DNA of 64,000 nt from Euprymna scolopes (lineage: Eukaryota), in NCBI GenBank assembly GCA_053919585.1, contig CM132796.1. The stretch is one strand, 5' to 3'. The position numbers and the translations under genes were made by a program. The notes beneath the pieces were generated by a model. The model was not told the DNA's origin. It did not search any database and worked only from the letters and a program-made list of their open reading frames with translations. Each line of letters starts with the position of its first letter. The stretch's first letter is position 1. Positions 1 through 12,309 of this stretch are shown here, piece by piece.

Positions 1-556
1 AACAATACTCTATGGTCAATAAATTTTATTTCATGCAAATTATGAAGTTTTGATCATTTCTGAAAGCACACGGAAAAAGATATTTTATTTACTCATGTAT
101 TCCTTACATACCAACAAGTTAGGTTACTTTTCTCTTTCTTCAATTAGGTTAGTGCAAAATAGTGGTGTGTTTATATATACAACTGAACGTCAAAAAACAT
201 TATTTTTGCACCAACCTAATATTTACTTCTTACTTAAATATAGTTTTATATAAACAAAAATGCATTAATAAATGTACCTATATTGGAGTAAAGTAATGAA
301 AGATTTATCGACTAATAATATTAGACTTTATTGTTGGATTCTATTTTTCAACATTGATTTCAAAATGGTTAACACTTCCTCAATAAGCTAACATGATAAA
401 ATAAAGCGCTTTCGTTATTCCAAATCTAGTTAGATTTTAAAAACAGATTTATTTGGTTTCATGTTTTAAAATTTGTTAGCAGTAGAGTATATTTAAATAA
501 ATAAATGACTAATTTAGTCATTTAATTTCCGCGCAAAATGCAATTATCAATATTAA
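1..556. repeat. Local segmental duplication, copy A (paralogous to 2990-3910)
   Basis: Collinear blocks shared with 2990-3910, e.g. tttcatgcaaat, tatttactcatgtatt, taaagtaatgaaagattt, aacattg.tttcaaaatg, aatttagtc.tt.aattt.cgcg.aaaat.caatt. Confidence 0.85.
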
Positions 557-1422
557 TACAACAAATAACTACTACTATTATTGCTACTATTAAAATCACG
601 TTTCTGAAGAATGTCACGTTGTTCTGAAAGGAAATTCAAACCAACAATTAGGGAGATGATTTTTAAAAATAACTGACTCTATATAGCTTAAATTTAGTGT
701 GAATGCGTCCTGGTTTGGCTTTAAAGGTGAAATCGAAAAAATCTCCACACTTTTAGATAAGATGTTAAGACGTCTTGCATAATGGATGACGAATTTATGG
801 GTATAATTTTGGGTACATATGTATAAGTGCCGAACCTCCTATCTACATAAACAAATAACGTTTCATATATGTGTTATTGCGTACTTTGATATTCGAATAA
901 AATTTAATGATGTCTTGTCAGGAGCACATGCTGAGTATGTACCCTTGTTGATATAACATCATGGACAAAATAAGACCGAGAAAAACGATTTCGGATAAAA
1001 ATTGTTTTAGGGTCTGTAAGTGGACAGTCGCTAAATAATATGTCAGAACGCTTCAAAATTTTATTGGCTGCGCGTTGACAACATCGTTACCTGTCGTCCT
1101 GTGTATCAGTCTACTATATGGTTATCTAAAATTAAATTATGAATAACATCGTATCTCATTTTCATAAAATAAATAATTTGCACCATGTTAATTCATAGTT
1201 TTCTCTCAATTAACCTCTGTCTTATCTTTATTCTTTAAGGCGCGACGGCAACATGTAAAACACTACAAATGAGCCAGAAAGAAAACAAAGGACAATGACC
1301 GTAGCGAACACGACGAGCCCCCAAAAAAATATTACAACACAATTACACACAAGACAAAAAAAAAACTGAAAATAATCAATGCGTATACATTTTCGCTATC
1401 GAATACAAATGAAAAAAACTAG

Positions 1423-1425
<3 letters not shown>

Positions 1426-1492
<67 letters not shown>
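1426..1492. repeat. (TA)n microsatellite, one of many TA/CA/GA tracts in the window
   Basis: Pure TA run. Similar tracts at ~1799-1875, 2330-2406, 4614-4690, 21625-21690, 23420-23476, 29182-29220, 50705-50756, 55775-55816. Confidence 0.98.
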
Positions 1493-1495
<3 letters not shown>

Positions 1496-1523
1496 AATGC
1501 AATACACACATATAATATATATA

Positions 1524-1731
1524 CATGGTACTCATGCACTTATTGATCCGTGCTGAAATAATAACGTTATTATTTAAAAAGCCATTCTTAACATGCGGGT
1601 GGGAGGGTGTTCTGTACGTATTCTGTACTTTAATTTTACAATTTAATAAAAAATCATAGCATAAAACTTTAATTAAACTTGAAAATACGATTTAAAAAAT
1701 AGCGCGGATCAGTAAGTGAATTAGCACCATG
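1524..1731. repeat. 31-bp imperfect inverted repeat next to a hammerhead motif (Penelope-type terminal-repeat remnant)
   Basis: 1524-1554 catggtactcatgcacttattgatccgtgct is the reverse complement of 1701-1731 agcgcggatcagtaagtgaattagcaccatg (26/31). Confidence 0.75.
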
Positions 1732-1749
1732 ATGTAGTTGCCTGTTTAG

Positions 1750-1793
1750 CCACACTGATGAGCTGTGAAACAGCGAAACAGTACTGTATGTGG
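1750..1793 (+). ncRNA. Minimal type I hammerhead ribozyme
   Basis: CCACA-CTGATGA-GCTG(TGAAA)CAGC-GAAA-CAGTACTG-TA-TGTGG. Stem I is CCACA/TGTGG, both core segments are intact, stem II is 4 bp, stem III is palindromic and the cleavage triplet is GUA. Confidence 0.88.
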
Positions 1794-1795
1794 AT

Positions 1796-1878
<83 letters not shown>

Positions 1879-2327
1879 TATATAGATAAACACACATATA
1901 TAAAAGTGGATCAGAAGTAACTAGAAGATTCTATGAATGGAGACTTATTGATATAGTAAAAAACTCAACAACTATGTTAAAGTAGATAAAAGCTGTCTTA
2001 AGTAGATTTACATTAGAAATGAAGGAAGTAGATATCAAGAAATATAAAATGAGGTATAAAATACAAGAATAAAACATTAAAATATTTCAGACATAACCAT
2101 ACGTGGATACGGAGGAATATATTTTTAACAATTAAAATTATATTTAAAAAGAAAAGGTAAAAATGAGAGAAAAAAATAATGATTTGATGAGTAATATATA
2201 GGTAAGTATTAATAAAAAAGAAAATAGCGCTAAGATATAATGAGGATCATTAAAGAAAAATACACAGTACAAAGAATGACGGACGAGAGGAAGAAGAAAG
2301 AGGGACAGTAAAGAAAGATAAAGTAAG

Positions 2328-2411
<84 letters not shown>

Positions 2412-2461
2412 CTACTGTTTGCCTGCTTCCGAATTAACTTTAACATGGCTGTTTTAAAATC

Positions 2462-2571
2462 AATTGAGAATAAATTCATATTGAATGATATATTTACATA
2501 ATCTAGCCCTATCTAAGACCAACTGTGTCTGAACTTATCTCATTATTTACCTAACATTTAACTATTAGCCT

Positions 2572-2615
<44 letters not shown>

Positions 2616-2645
2616 GATGATAGTTAAATATTAGGTAAATGATGC

Positions 2646-2679
<34 letters not shown>

Positions 2680-2742
2680 AGTTAAATGTTAGGTAAATGA
2701 TGAGATAAGTTCAGACACAATGGGACTTAGATTATGTAAATT
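2462..2742. repeat. Dispersed repeat with inverted arms around (TA)n; second copy at ~4505-4615
   Basis: tgtgtctgaacttatctcatt..ttacctaacatttaactat (2524-2566) is inverted at 2677-2720 and partly at 2618-2650. A direct copy lies at 4505-4615. Confidence 0.75.
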
Positions 2743-2746
2743 GTAG

Positions 2747-2793
<47 letters not shown>

Positions 2794-2814
2794 AGAGAGA
2801 GAGCGGGAGAGAGA

Positions 2815-3910
2815 TAGTTTGTGTGTAGGGGGCTTGTGGGTGTTTACATTGTCAATTTAAGAAACAAAGTTGAATCTGTCAGCGTATTCATGATAATCAA
2901 AATGGGAAATGCCGTAACAATCATGAAGTAATATAATAGTTCAAACTAATATAATGACAAAGATTAAAGTAAATAGTTCAAACCTCATCAGGCTACTCTA
3001 TGTCCAATAACAAAGTTTCATTTCATGCAAATAATGTACTTTTTAGTTATTTCTGCAAGCACATAGAACATATGTTTATTTACTCATGTATTATTTTAAT
3101 AACAATAATTTTAGAGTACTTTTTATCTTTTTTATACTTTGTGCTTCCTTTAATATAGTCTATTAGAAATATCAATCCGTTAAATTAATTTACCTGTATT
3201 GCAGAAACTATGCGACTAAAGTAATGAAAGATTTGTGGACAAAGAATATTGGACTTTATTGTATGACGCCAATTTGCAACATTGCTTTCAAAATGATTTA
3301 CTTTTTTTCAATAAGATTACATGATAAATATATCACTGTCATGATTATAAATCGAGATAGATTTTCACAACACAAATTTAATGTTTCAAGTTGTATCATT
3401 TAACTAGCCTTGGTGTCCAGCGTACCCGGGTGTTTGGCGGTGTGTCTTGAGCAACACAAAAAAAAGGAGTTGTAGACAAGTAGGCTCAAACACCTACAGC
3501 GAAGGAGGAAAAGAACGTGAAAAAAAAACGTGACGTTTTGCTGTTGCGTCCATCACCAAACCGGAAGTAGCAAATGTCTAAATTAAGCCTGCTCCAATCG
3601 AAAAGAGGGGACGCCTTTCGTCATTATCGGGGGTAAAAGCGACATCTCCTTGTAGAAAGGTGCCCAGATGAGGATGAAGGAATTTATGTTTTTAGTCATT
3701 TTTTCGATATTTGTCGTCCAAAACGATACCTATCTCCTAACAATCCGTCGCTTATGTCGAAAGTTTTAGACAAAAATACATACATACATACATAAATACA
3801 TTTAAACAGGCGTGAGATTTATATTATAGATAGCAGATGAATATGTTTAAATAAAAAAAATGCATAATTTAGTCGTTCAATTTTCGCGTAAAATACAATT
3901 CTTAATATAA
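2815..3910. repeat. Local segmental duplication, copy B (contains a Helitron insertion); 5' part repeated at 5382-5453
   Basis: 2990-3910 aligns with 1-556. The 2815-2893 block gtgggtgtttacattgt.aatttaagaaacaaa...tcagcgtattcatga recurs at 5382-5453. Confidence 0.85.
3404..3830 (-). mobile_element. Non-autonomous Helitron (same family as the 36062-37627 array)
   Basis: Minus strand reads A|TCTATAATATAAATC...GC-rich hairpin...CTAG|T, with no TSD and an (ATAC)n tract. It is absent at the paralogous site near 476. Confidence 0.85.
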
Positions 3911-4611
3911 NNNNNNNNNNNNNNNNNNNNNNNNNNNNNNNNNNNNNNNNNNNNNNNNNNNNNNNNNNNNNNNNNNNNNNNNNNNNNNNNNNNNNNNNNN
4001 NNNNNNNNNNNNNNNNNNNNNNNNNNNNNNNNNNNNNNNNNNNNNNATTATAAGAGAGCATTTGACATAGTATCCAATCTTTTTGACAATTTTCGGAATA
4101 GCTTACAACATCCAAACATTAATTAACTAACAGAATACACAATTGATAATCTCACTTAATATTAGGCAATGTTAAAATTAAGAGAGATATTTTCTATGAA
4201 AACTTGAAAATGGTATTCTAACAGTCAAGCATCTATTAGAAACAAAATACATTATAATAAGTTTGCTATATGATCAGTATGTTTGGTAATGACGTAAAGA
4301 TGTGTACTTAGTGTGATAAAAAAGGCAGGCTCATCCAGGATGGGAATTTTAAACTTCCGACAACAGACCTAATAAACAATGGTGACAATGAGAGAGGCTA
4401 CAATATTTATGGATATTAGGAGATAAGATTAATAATATGGGGAGAAACAAATAAAGTCACAGCCAGGTACAACAGGAGATTCCGAGTTATTCCTAAATTA
4501 AGTTATTGAGAATAAATTCCTATTGAATGAGCTATTTACATTATCTAGCCTTACCTAAGTCCACTGTGTCTGAACTTATCTCATCATTTTTACCTAACAT
4601 TTAACTATTAT

Positions 4612-4694
<83 letters not shown>

Positions 4695-5125
4695 AAAATT
4701 AAAATTAAATTTACCAAAATGATCCAAGATGGTAAAACTAAAGTATTGGCAGCCCTGTTGAAAGCATATCCTTTTTTTCTTTAATTAATATTATTGGAAT
4801 TTTTCCCCATTTTCCTTGTACATATTTGTGAATTATTCCACGGATTTTGGCTTCTTGGATAATTTTTGACCATATTCCGATTACGCGATTTCCTTGGATT
4901 TTACTTGTACGAATGAAAATTAAATGAACTTTCTTGGACTTACATTTTTGGGTTTTACCGTAATTGGATGCTTTTCTTTTCATCTGGCTGTCCATTCCCG
5001 TGAAATCACCTTTTTCTTCATCATGTTCCCTCTGCTTCACTTTTTGTTATCAAGTTGCAATTTCAATTGCAGTTTCATAAAATACTTTGTATGGAAAATC
5101 CGATCCCGCATTTTGCTATTTCCTA

Positions 5126-5173
5126 CCCTCTGATGAGAAGGAAAGTATTTCTTCGAAACTGCGCGGATTAAGG
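5126..5173 (+). ncRNA. Degenerate hammerhead-ribozyme motif
   Basis: CCCT-CTGATGA-GAAG(GAAAGTATTT)CTTC-GAAAC-TGCGCG-GAT-TAAGG. The core and stem II are intact; the cleavage-site U and stem I are decayed. Confidence 0.55.
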
Positions 5174-5539
5174 ACTATCCACTTATTAAGTGTTTCCTTT
5201 CCAGATTAAATATGTTTTAACTCTTTTTCAAAGTGGTTTTACATGTTTNNNNNNNNNNNNNNNNNNNNNNNNNNNNNNNNNNNNNNNNNNNNNNNNNNNN
5301 NNNNNNNNNNNNNNNNNNNNNNNNNNNNNNNNNNNNNNNNNNNNNNNNNNNNNNNNNNNNNNNNNNNNNNNNNNNNNNNNNTTGTATTTGTGGGCGTGTG
5401 GGTGTTTACATTGTTAATTTAAGAAACAAATCGAAGCCATCAGCGTATTCATGAGTAAAGTCACAGCTGGGTACAACAGGAGATTCAGAGTCATTCCTAA
5501 ATCGCATCTATACTGTCGCAATAAAATATCTACCATCAA

Positions 5540-6400
5540 TTCTAGAGCACCGATTATCATTTGATATATAGGTGGAAGACTTGACCGAAATGTAGACGAA
5601 TTATTACATTTGGACGCAAAAACACGTAAAATGCATAAAATATCTTGGGCTTTAGATATAAATAGATTGTATCTATCTAAAAAGAAGACGATCGCAGCTG
5701 ATCTGTGTAAAATATGAAAAAATGGAAATCTAACTAAAGATTTTTCTTCTTCATGAAGTTAAAAGTAAATAGAGTCAAGGAGTGGTAAAGCGTCAAAGTT
5801 TGCAAGAGAGATGATAAAAATTACTTGGAAATTAACTACAGAGTGCATTGCTTAAGAATAATAAATTCAAAGATAATAACAGCTAACAAATATAGGTTAG
5901 AGTTGAACCTAAGATAGCTACTGAAAGCACTTTCATAGCAGTCCAGGAACAAGTTACTCTCACTAGGTGCATGAAACACTACATTGAGGAAACTAAAGAA
6001 GCACCCGTTTGAAGATTGTATAATGAAAGGTAAAGAAACACTAGCGCTTATTATATCAGACTTCCCGATGATTAATCAGCATAAATATTGAAGAAAATAT
6101 TGACACTATACAGCTCATCGGTTCCTAAAATGAAATATATGCAAACTCTATGAATTGAGAAGTGTTATGTGCATAAACTACTGTGGTACAGAGAAACAAC
6201 AATGTAAAAGTTCTATAGGGCATGCACACATGATAAAGTGCTTGACCATTCTGAACCTGGGATTATTTTTCTAAACAGAACCTAGAAAGTTTGCCCAATG
6301 ATTGGCATAGTCTGCCCTTTCGATACCAAATTACAAGAGAAAAAACACGTAAAATAAATATCAAGATCAGACATAGACATTACTTAAACTATGGAAACAT
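5540..6400 (+). mobile_element. R4/Dong-like (RLE-type) non-LTR retrotransposon, decayed 3' fragment
   Basis: Frameshifted remnants resembling LDxKTRKM, RLY, ESTFIAVQEQ and a CRLC-like zinc knuckle. Confidence 0.55.
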
Positions 6401-6829
6401 ATAGAAGATTAGATATCTTTTGTAATTAAAATGCTTGAAACTGAAGCTAAAAGCTACCACAAATTTCAATTTTTTTAAAAACAAAAGCTTGTCTGTTGGA
6501 AAAGTTGAAGTGTTAAGATACAGCTCCAACGTATAAATTGCAAATACTTTACTTGGTGTCCAAGATAAAACGTCACGAAANNNNNNNNNNNNNNNNNNNN
6601 NNNNNNNNNNNNNNNNNNNNNNNNNNNNNNNNNNNNNNNNNNNNNNNNNNNNNNNNNNNNNNNNNNNNNNNNNNNNNNNNNNNNNNNNNNNNNNNNNNNN
6701 NNNNNNNNNNNNNNNNNNNNNNNNNNNNNNNNNNNNNNNNAGAAAACAAAAAAAAACAGAAAACGGAGATACAAAGGATAAAACAATAAAAGAAAAATAG
6801 GGAGAGAAACAATTACACGGAAGATTCGT

Positions 6830-7330
6830 AAGGATGAAAAACGATGAGAATAACGAGAACGCACGGACATGGATGCGAAAAGGGCACGTAAAACAAGAAA
6901 CTTTATCCTTAAAAACGGCAGCACTGGATAAATCGATAAATCCAGAATCTGAGAACAAAGAGACGAACGATAAACCGTGTAGTAAGTGAATGTAGCAAAC
7001 TAGCCTTAAAGAAATACAGGAACAGGCGTGACCAAGGGAGAAGAGCAGTACATTTGGAATTGTGCAAACAAGTGCATCTCGAACGCACAGACAAATGGGA
7101 CAAACATAAATCAGCAACATTAATCGAAAACTAGAATCACAAAATCGTATGGGACATGGACATACAAAATGGATAAACCCATCCAAGCAAGAAGACCGGA
7201 TGGCGTAATAATTAACAAGAATGAAAAGTTCTGCCAAATCGTAGACTTTGCTGTTCCAGCTGACGGCATGACAAATATAAAAGTAAAAGAGAAACGGAAC
7301 GTATATACAAAATATGGGAGTGTGAATTAT
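6830..7330 (+). mobile_element. R4/Dong-like LINE fragment with restriction-like endonuclease motif
   Basis: The ORF at 7169 reads DKPIQARRPDGVIINKNEKFCQIVDFAVPAD, matching the RPD...D(F/I)AVP.D motif of RLE endonucleases. Confidence 0.75.
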
Positions 7331-8789
7331 TCGGTGATGATCATTCAAGCCTGGGTCGAGTGCATCTTCTCACTTAATATCGTTTGNNNNNNNNNNNNNN
7401 NNNNNNNNNNNNNNNNNNNNNNNNNNNNNNNNNNNNNNNNNNNNNNNNNNNNNNNNNNNNNNNNNNNNNNNNNNNNNNNNNNNNNNNNNNNNNNNNNNNN
7501 NNNNNNNNNNNNNNNNNNNNNNNNNNNNNNNNNNNATGCGCACCAGAATATAAGCGAATAAGAAACAGAAAAGTAACGAGCAAGACGTGAAGAAAAGAAA
7601 AGAAAAAATATCGAACAAATTAAATTTTCTCCGAAAGTTGTGAGTATAAAATGTATTAAATTATGCACGTGCATTTATTTTAAGAACAAAAGTTTCATCC
7701 AGTGAAGGTAAAAACGAAAAATATCATGTACACACGTAAACGTAATTGCGTTAAAGAAGAAAAGAAAATCAGATTTCGAATACTGTAGCTGAAAGGAAAG
7801 GCCGCTATAGAGAACAAGTGATAAAAATATTTTGTTTCTTCTTAACTATTTTAAAATATCATGAGGTCGAAATTGTTCTATCCAGCTGTGATTGTCTTTT
7901 GTCGGGAAAGATTTAAATTTAGTCATGCACATGCGCATGCAAGGACAAAAGAGTTTGTTATTACCTTAAAAAGAAAGACACTAAAGTTAGCATCAAATGT
8001 TGGATGTAAAGATTGAAAATACTCGCGCTTGAAGCCATTTTAGTTCTTAACTGCATGTTACGTTGTTTTTGTCATTGTCATATTAAACACAAGTTTTGTT
8101 GTAGAAATTAACATATCAATTTAAAAAGCAGTTATAGATGTCACTGTGTGTGAGTTATTACTAGGCTTGTGACAACGGCATATTTTTTCATTGTTATGAC
8201 TCTTGTGTATATATCCTGTAATATCTCATAAGTTCTTATATAGACCGATGTTGTTCCCGATCGATTAACTGTGCCTAACTGTGTCAGATATATACCCAAG
8301 AGTCAAAAGAATGAAAAAAAATATTCTGTTAGTTATTACATATCCAGCAGAACTACCGGGGGTTGCTCAGGACCGTATAAAACAATGAGAAAAATGAAGT
8401 TGCTTTTGATCATACCTGTTATTCTCATGATTAAGGAATATTTAATGACTGTATCATTTTCTATCTCGAGCAAAACATATTTATCTACCCTACTAGCTAT
8501 TACATGACACATGTATGAAATAATAATACCTTTCTTTGGACAGGTAATTTACAGCACGTATATGAAGTATTATTTCCTTTCCTAGGACGGGTACATATTT
8601 AAAATAATTTTAAAATAATATTTAAAATAATTTTAACTACCCTCGAACGGGTAATTAAACTACATATATCAAACGATTGAACGTACAGTACATAACATAT
8701 ATGAACAATTTCTCTTCCCACTAACGGCAGCATAATTGTAAAAAAAATGAAGTCAACATAAGAAGATGGACCATTAAGATTCCCAAAAT

Positions 8790-10010
8790 TATACATAAAT
8801 GCAGTGTTTTAGTTAATGATTAAACAACTTTTGGGTCACCATAAAATTCGTTATTACTGCGTTTCTTCTCCCATCACAACCACAACCAACACTATAATTA
8901 TAAGCGAAGCTATGTCATTTTTGAAAGCGGGTTTTTCAAGTTAATACACAAGTGTATTGACACATTCAGTTTTTAGGCAACCCTTGCTTCACCATAATTT
9001 CAACAATTACAGAGTTATTTTTCTTCCACTCTACCGACAAAATATATATATATTTTTTGAGAATAATGATTTTATTTCGGGTATATGTCTCAGCAGATTT
9101 TCTAAATAAATACACATAATTTGCCACGGTTTGTGATAAGAGAACTCTTATTTCACGATATAATTCGACATTACTGTTTCTCTGATCCAATTACCGGCAC
9201 CATGAGTTTAAGAAAAATGAAATATGATTCAGCATGTTTGCGAAATTAATACAAATATGCATTGTCACCATTAGGGTTAGGCCAACCTTGCTTCAACATG
9301 AATTTCAATGCTGCCGTGCCCCCCTTAACGACCAACACCATAATTTTAAGAGGAATAATTTCATTTCCGGAAGATGACTCGGCAGAATCTCAAAATTAAT
9401 ACATAAATAAATTGTCACAGTAAGAGATTAGGCAACAATTGCTTCGCCATAAATGTCAAGATTACCGGGTTTCTTTCCTTTCCCACTATCGGCACTATAA
9501 TTTTAAAAAGAATGATGCCATTTTTGAAGATGCCTAAGAAAGACGTTTAAATTAAAACACAAATACATTGCCACGGTTAGAGATTAGACAACCTTTGCTT
9601 CACTAAAAATCGACATTACTGTGTTTCTTTTGTTTCCCCACTGCTGACACAAGTTTTTGGGGAAAAAGATGTCATTTTCGGAACATTAGTCAGCAGATTT
9701 TACAAATTAATCAATAAATACTCTGAGGAGTTTAGTCTTTATGCAACACTTGCTTCATTATTTCATTTCACCTTATTGTTTTTTTTCCTGCTGACTACAG
9801 ACACCATAATTTTAAGTGAAATGATATCATTCCTTGAACCGAACTGAGCAGTGTTTTCAAATAATTACATAAATACATTGACACAGATAGTTATTAGGCA
9901 AAACTTACTCCACCATAAATTTACATATTTCTGTAGTCTTTCCCTTCCTACAACCGACAACATAATAGTATGAGAATTGATGTCATTTCCGGAATATGAT
10001 TCCGCAGGTA
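8790..10010. repeat. Diverged tandem repeat, ~8 units of ~150-155 bp
   Basis: Anchor taggcaa...ttgcttcaccataa recurs at ~8974, 9278, 9430, 9585, 9742 and 9895, with weaker copies at ~8820 and ~9140. Also recurring: cac(c)ataattttaag and tgtcattt. Confidence 0.85.
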
Positions 10011-12273
10011 TTCTACATTTATGATATCGTAAGAGATTACTTTGTGATCACAAAACGGGCATTAATCCCTCCATTCCGCCCCAAAAGAAGGTTTTGTAAT
10101 CCCTTGAGACCTTCAGAGCACTTTCAAAAGCAACATAATCATGTTTCGTTCTACCTATTACCACCACTAACACTGTGATGTAATTTCCGGATTATAACAT
10201 TAAACATCAGGAAAATACGAATCACCCCCAACAGAAACTTCATCAGTTATTTGGTCAACATAATTTTTTTTTAATTTAACATCTTTGTTTTGTGTCAAAT
10301 ATGTAACAATTAATTGATAAATTTATGTGACTTTTTTTTTTTATTATGATGAATAAGCATCAAAAAATTATTTAATCAAGGTACTGGATTTTTGAAATAT
10401 AACAAATAAGCACCAGAAAAAATTAGTCAGTGTATGTGATTTTTCTGTCTCAGATTACTAACAATTAATTGATCAATTCCCATGATTTTGGGAATATAAT
10501 TAATAAGCATTAAACTTTTATTTATCAATCTACGTGATTTTTCCAATACTTGTTGACAATAATCTTAGATATCACCATAAGGAAAAGAAACAAATTAACC
10601 TTTCTTTCTCTCTTTCTCTCCCTCATTCGCTCTCTCTGCCGATACGATGATCTAATGTGTCTCTGTATCGTTGTTCCTCTCTCTCTCTCTCTCTCTCAGT
10701 CTATTTCATTTGCTTCAGTTCTGGTTTTCTACATCAACCTCTCTCACCTTCTCTGTCTCCCTCTAATAAGAGTTTGAGAGAAAGAAACAGAAACAGAAAG
10801 AGAGAAAGAGAGAAAGCGAGAGAGAGAGAGAGAGAGAGAATGAGGGGTAGCTGGTTTGAGAAGCAAAGAACTTCGTTGAGGCGTGGAAATTGCTTTATTT
10901 AATGTAAACATCCGTCCTCCTCTAGCGATAGTTGTCAGATTGAATACCGGATTGATTTTGTGTTCGTTTTAGTGTATAGAATAGTATTTTAGAATGAGAC
11001 CAGTATGATCTAAGCCAATCATGATCACGATAGTTGTAAGAGAGAAGTTATTATTTTTCGAGTAGATGGAGGGAAATTTAATGGTTGGGCTATAAGTTTA
11101 TTAATCTGGTGAGAACGGTATAAACCCAGTATCCGTAATTTGTGTATAAATGTACACGGTGTGGAATAGGGAAGTAAGACTTGCGGAAAAGATGGTTAAA
11201 GTCTAGTTATTTCCTATGTTGGTTACGACGGTAATGAACATGGCACTCCTCAGAATATAAGTAATGTTTTTATAATACAAAATAATCCATATGCAAATTG
11301 GTTCTACAGGTAAACAAGGTAAGGGCTAATGGTGTAAACATAATTTTTTAATAATTGTTATGTGTCATCTCTTAATTTCAACCTTACGTCCAGAATGNNN
11401 NNNNNNNNNNNNNNNNNNNNNNNNNNNNNNNNNNNNNNNNNNNNNNNNNNNNNNNNNNNNNNNNNNNNNNNNNNNNNNNNNNNNNNNNNNNNNNNNNNNN
11501 NNNNNNNNNNNNNNNNNNNNNNNNNNNNNNNNNNNNNNNNNNNNNNNNNNNNNNNNNNNNNNNNNNNNNNNNNNNNNNNNNNNNNATAAAGTTTTCATAC
11601 CAATAGTTTCAATAAACTGTATGGGAATATAAATATTAATATTTATGCATTAATCCAAGCCAAAATATAAAGGAACCATAGGAAATAGAACTTGTCATAC
11701 TATAACGACTGCATAACCATTTTAGGGTCCTTTTATTTTATGACAACAACATGAAACTGTCGAGTTCTGAATGCGTGTGTTAAATCATTATAATAGTGCA
11801 ATTTGCAATCCGGTCTGATCCATCCGGGCAGAATAAAATATAGGAAGCATTACTTTTCCCACGTCCCTCGTGTATGTTAGTCCAGGATAACATAAGGCGA
11901 GGTCATTTCGACGAACAATCTTATTAGATTACCTTTTCCTTTCTAGTTAGCCAGACTTAGATAGAAGATAAGTAAATATCTTCTAAAAATAAAATATTGG
12001 TTCCCCGTAGTGTGCCAAGTGAGAGGATTTTGGCGTCGTGAGGTCAGGGTTGAATCGTGTAAAATAATTGCGTTCAAAATATTCTTTGAAAATAATTATG
12101 GTTGCTGCGGAGAGCCGGCGTGATGTTTTCGTCTATACACTATTAAAAGTGTGATATACGAGAGACGTTTCAAAAGCTATACCTTCTATTTTTATTCCAC
12201 AGGAATGGATAAGGAGAGATTACAAAATTCATTGTTATGAGGACTGAAATTATGCATTCATGACCTGCGCTTT

Positions 12274-12309
<36 letters not shown>

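Noticed and set aside
604-635. CTGAAGA...GAAA hammerhead candidate
   Set aside because: No stem II or stem III pairing.
2144-2479. ORFs rich in YIYI/VCVC (also 21430-21819, 23173-23542, 40857-41057, 42434-43796, 55603-55842)
   Set aside because: They are translations of (TA)n/(CA)n microsatellites.
8790-10010. CRISPR-like array
   Set aside because: Whole units are homologous with no unique spacers, there are no cas genes, and the context is eukaryotic.
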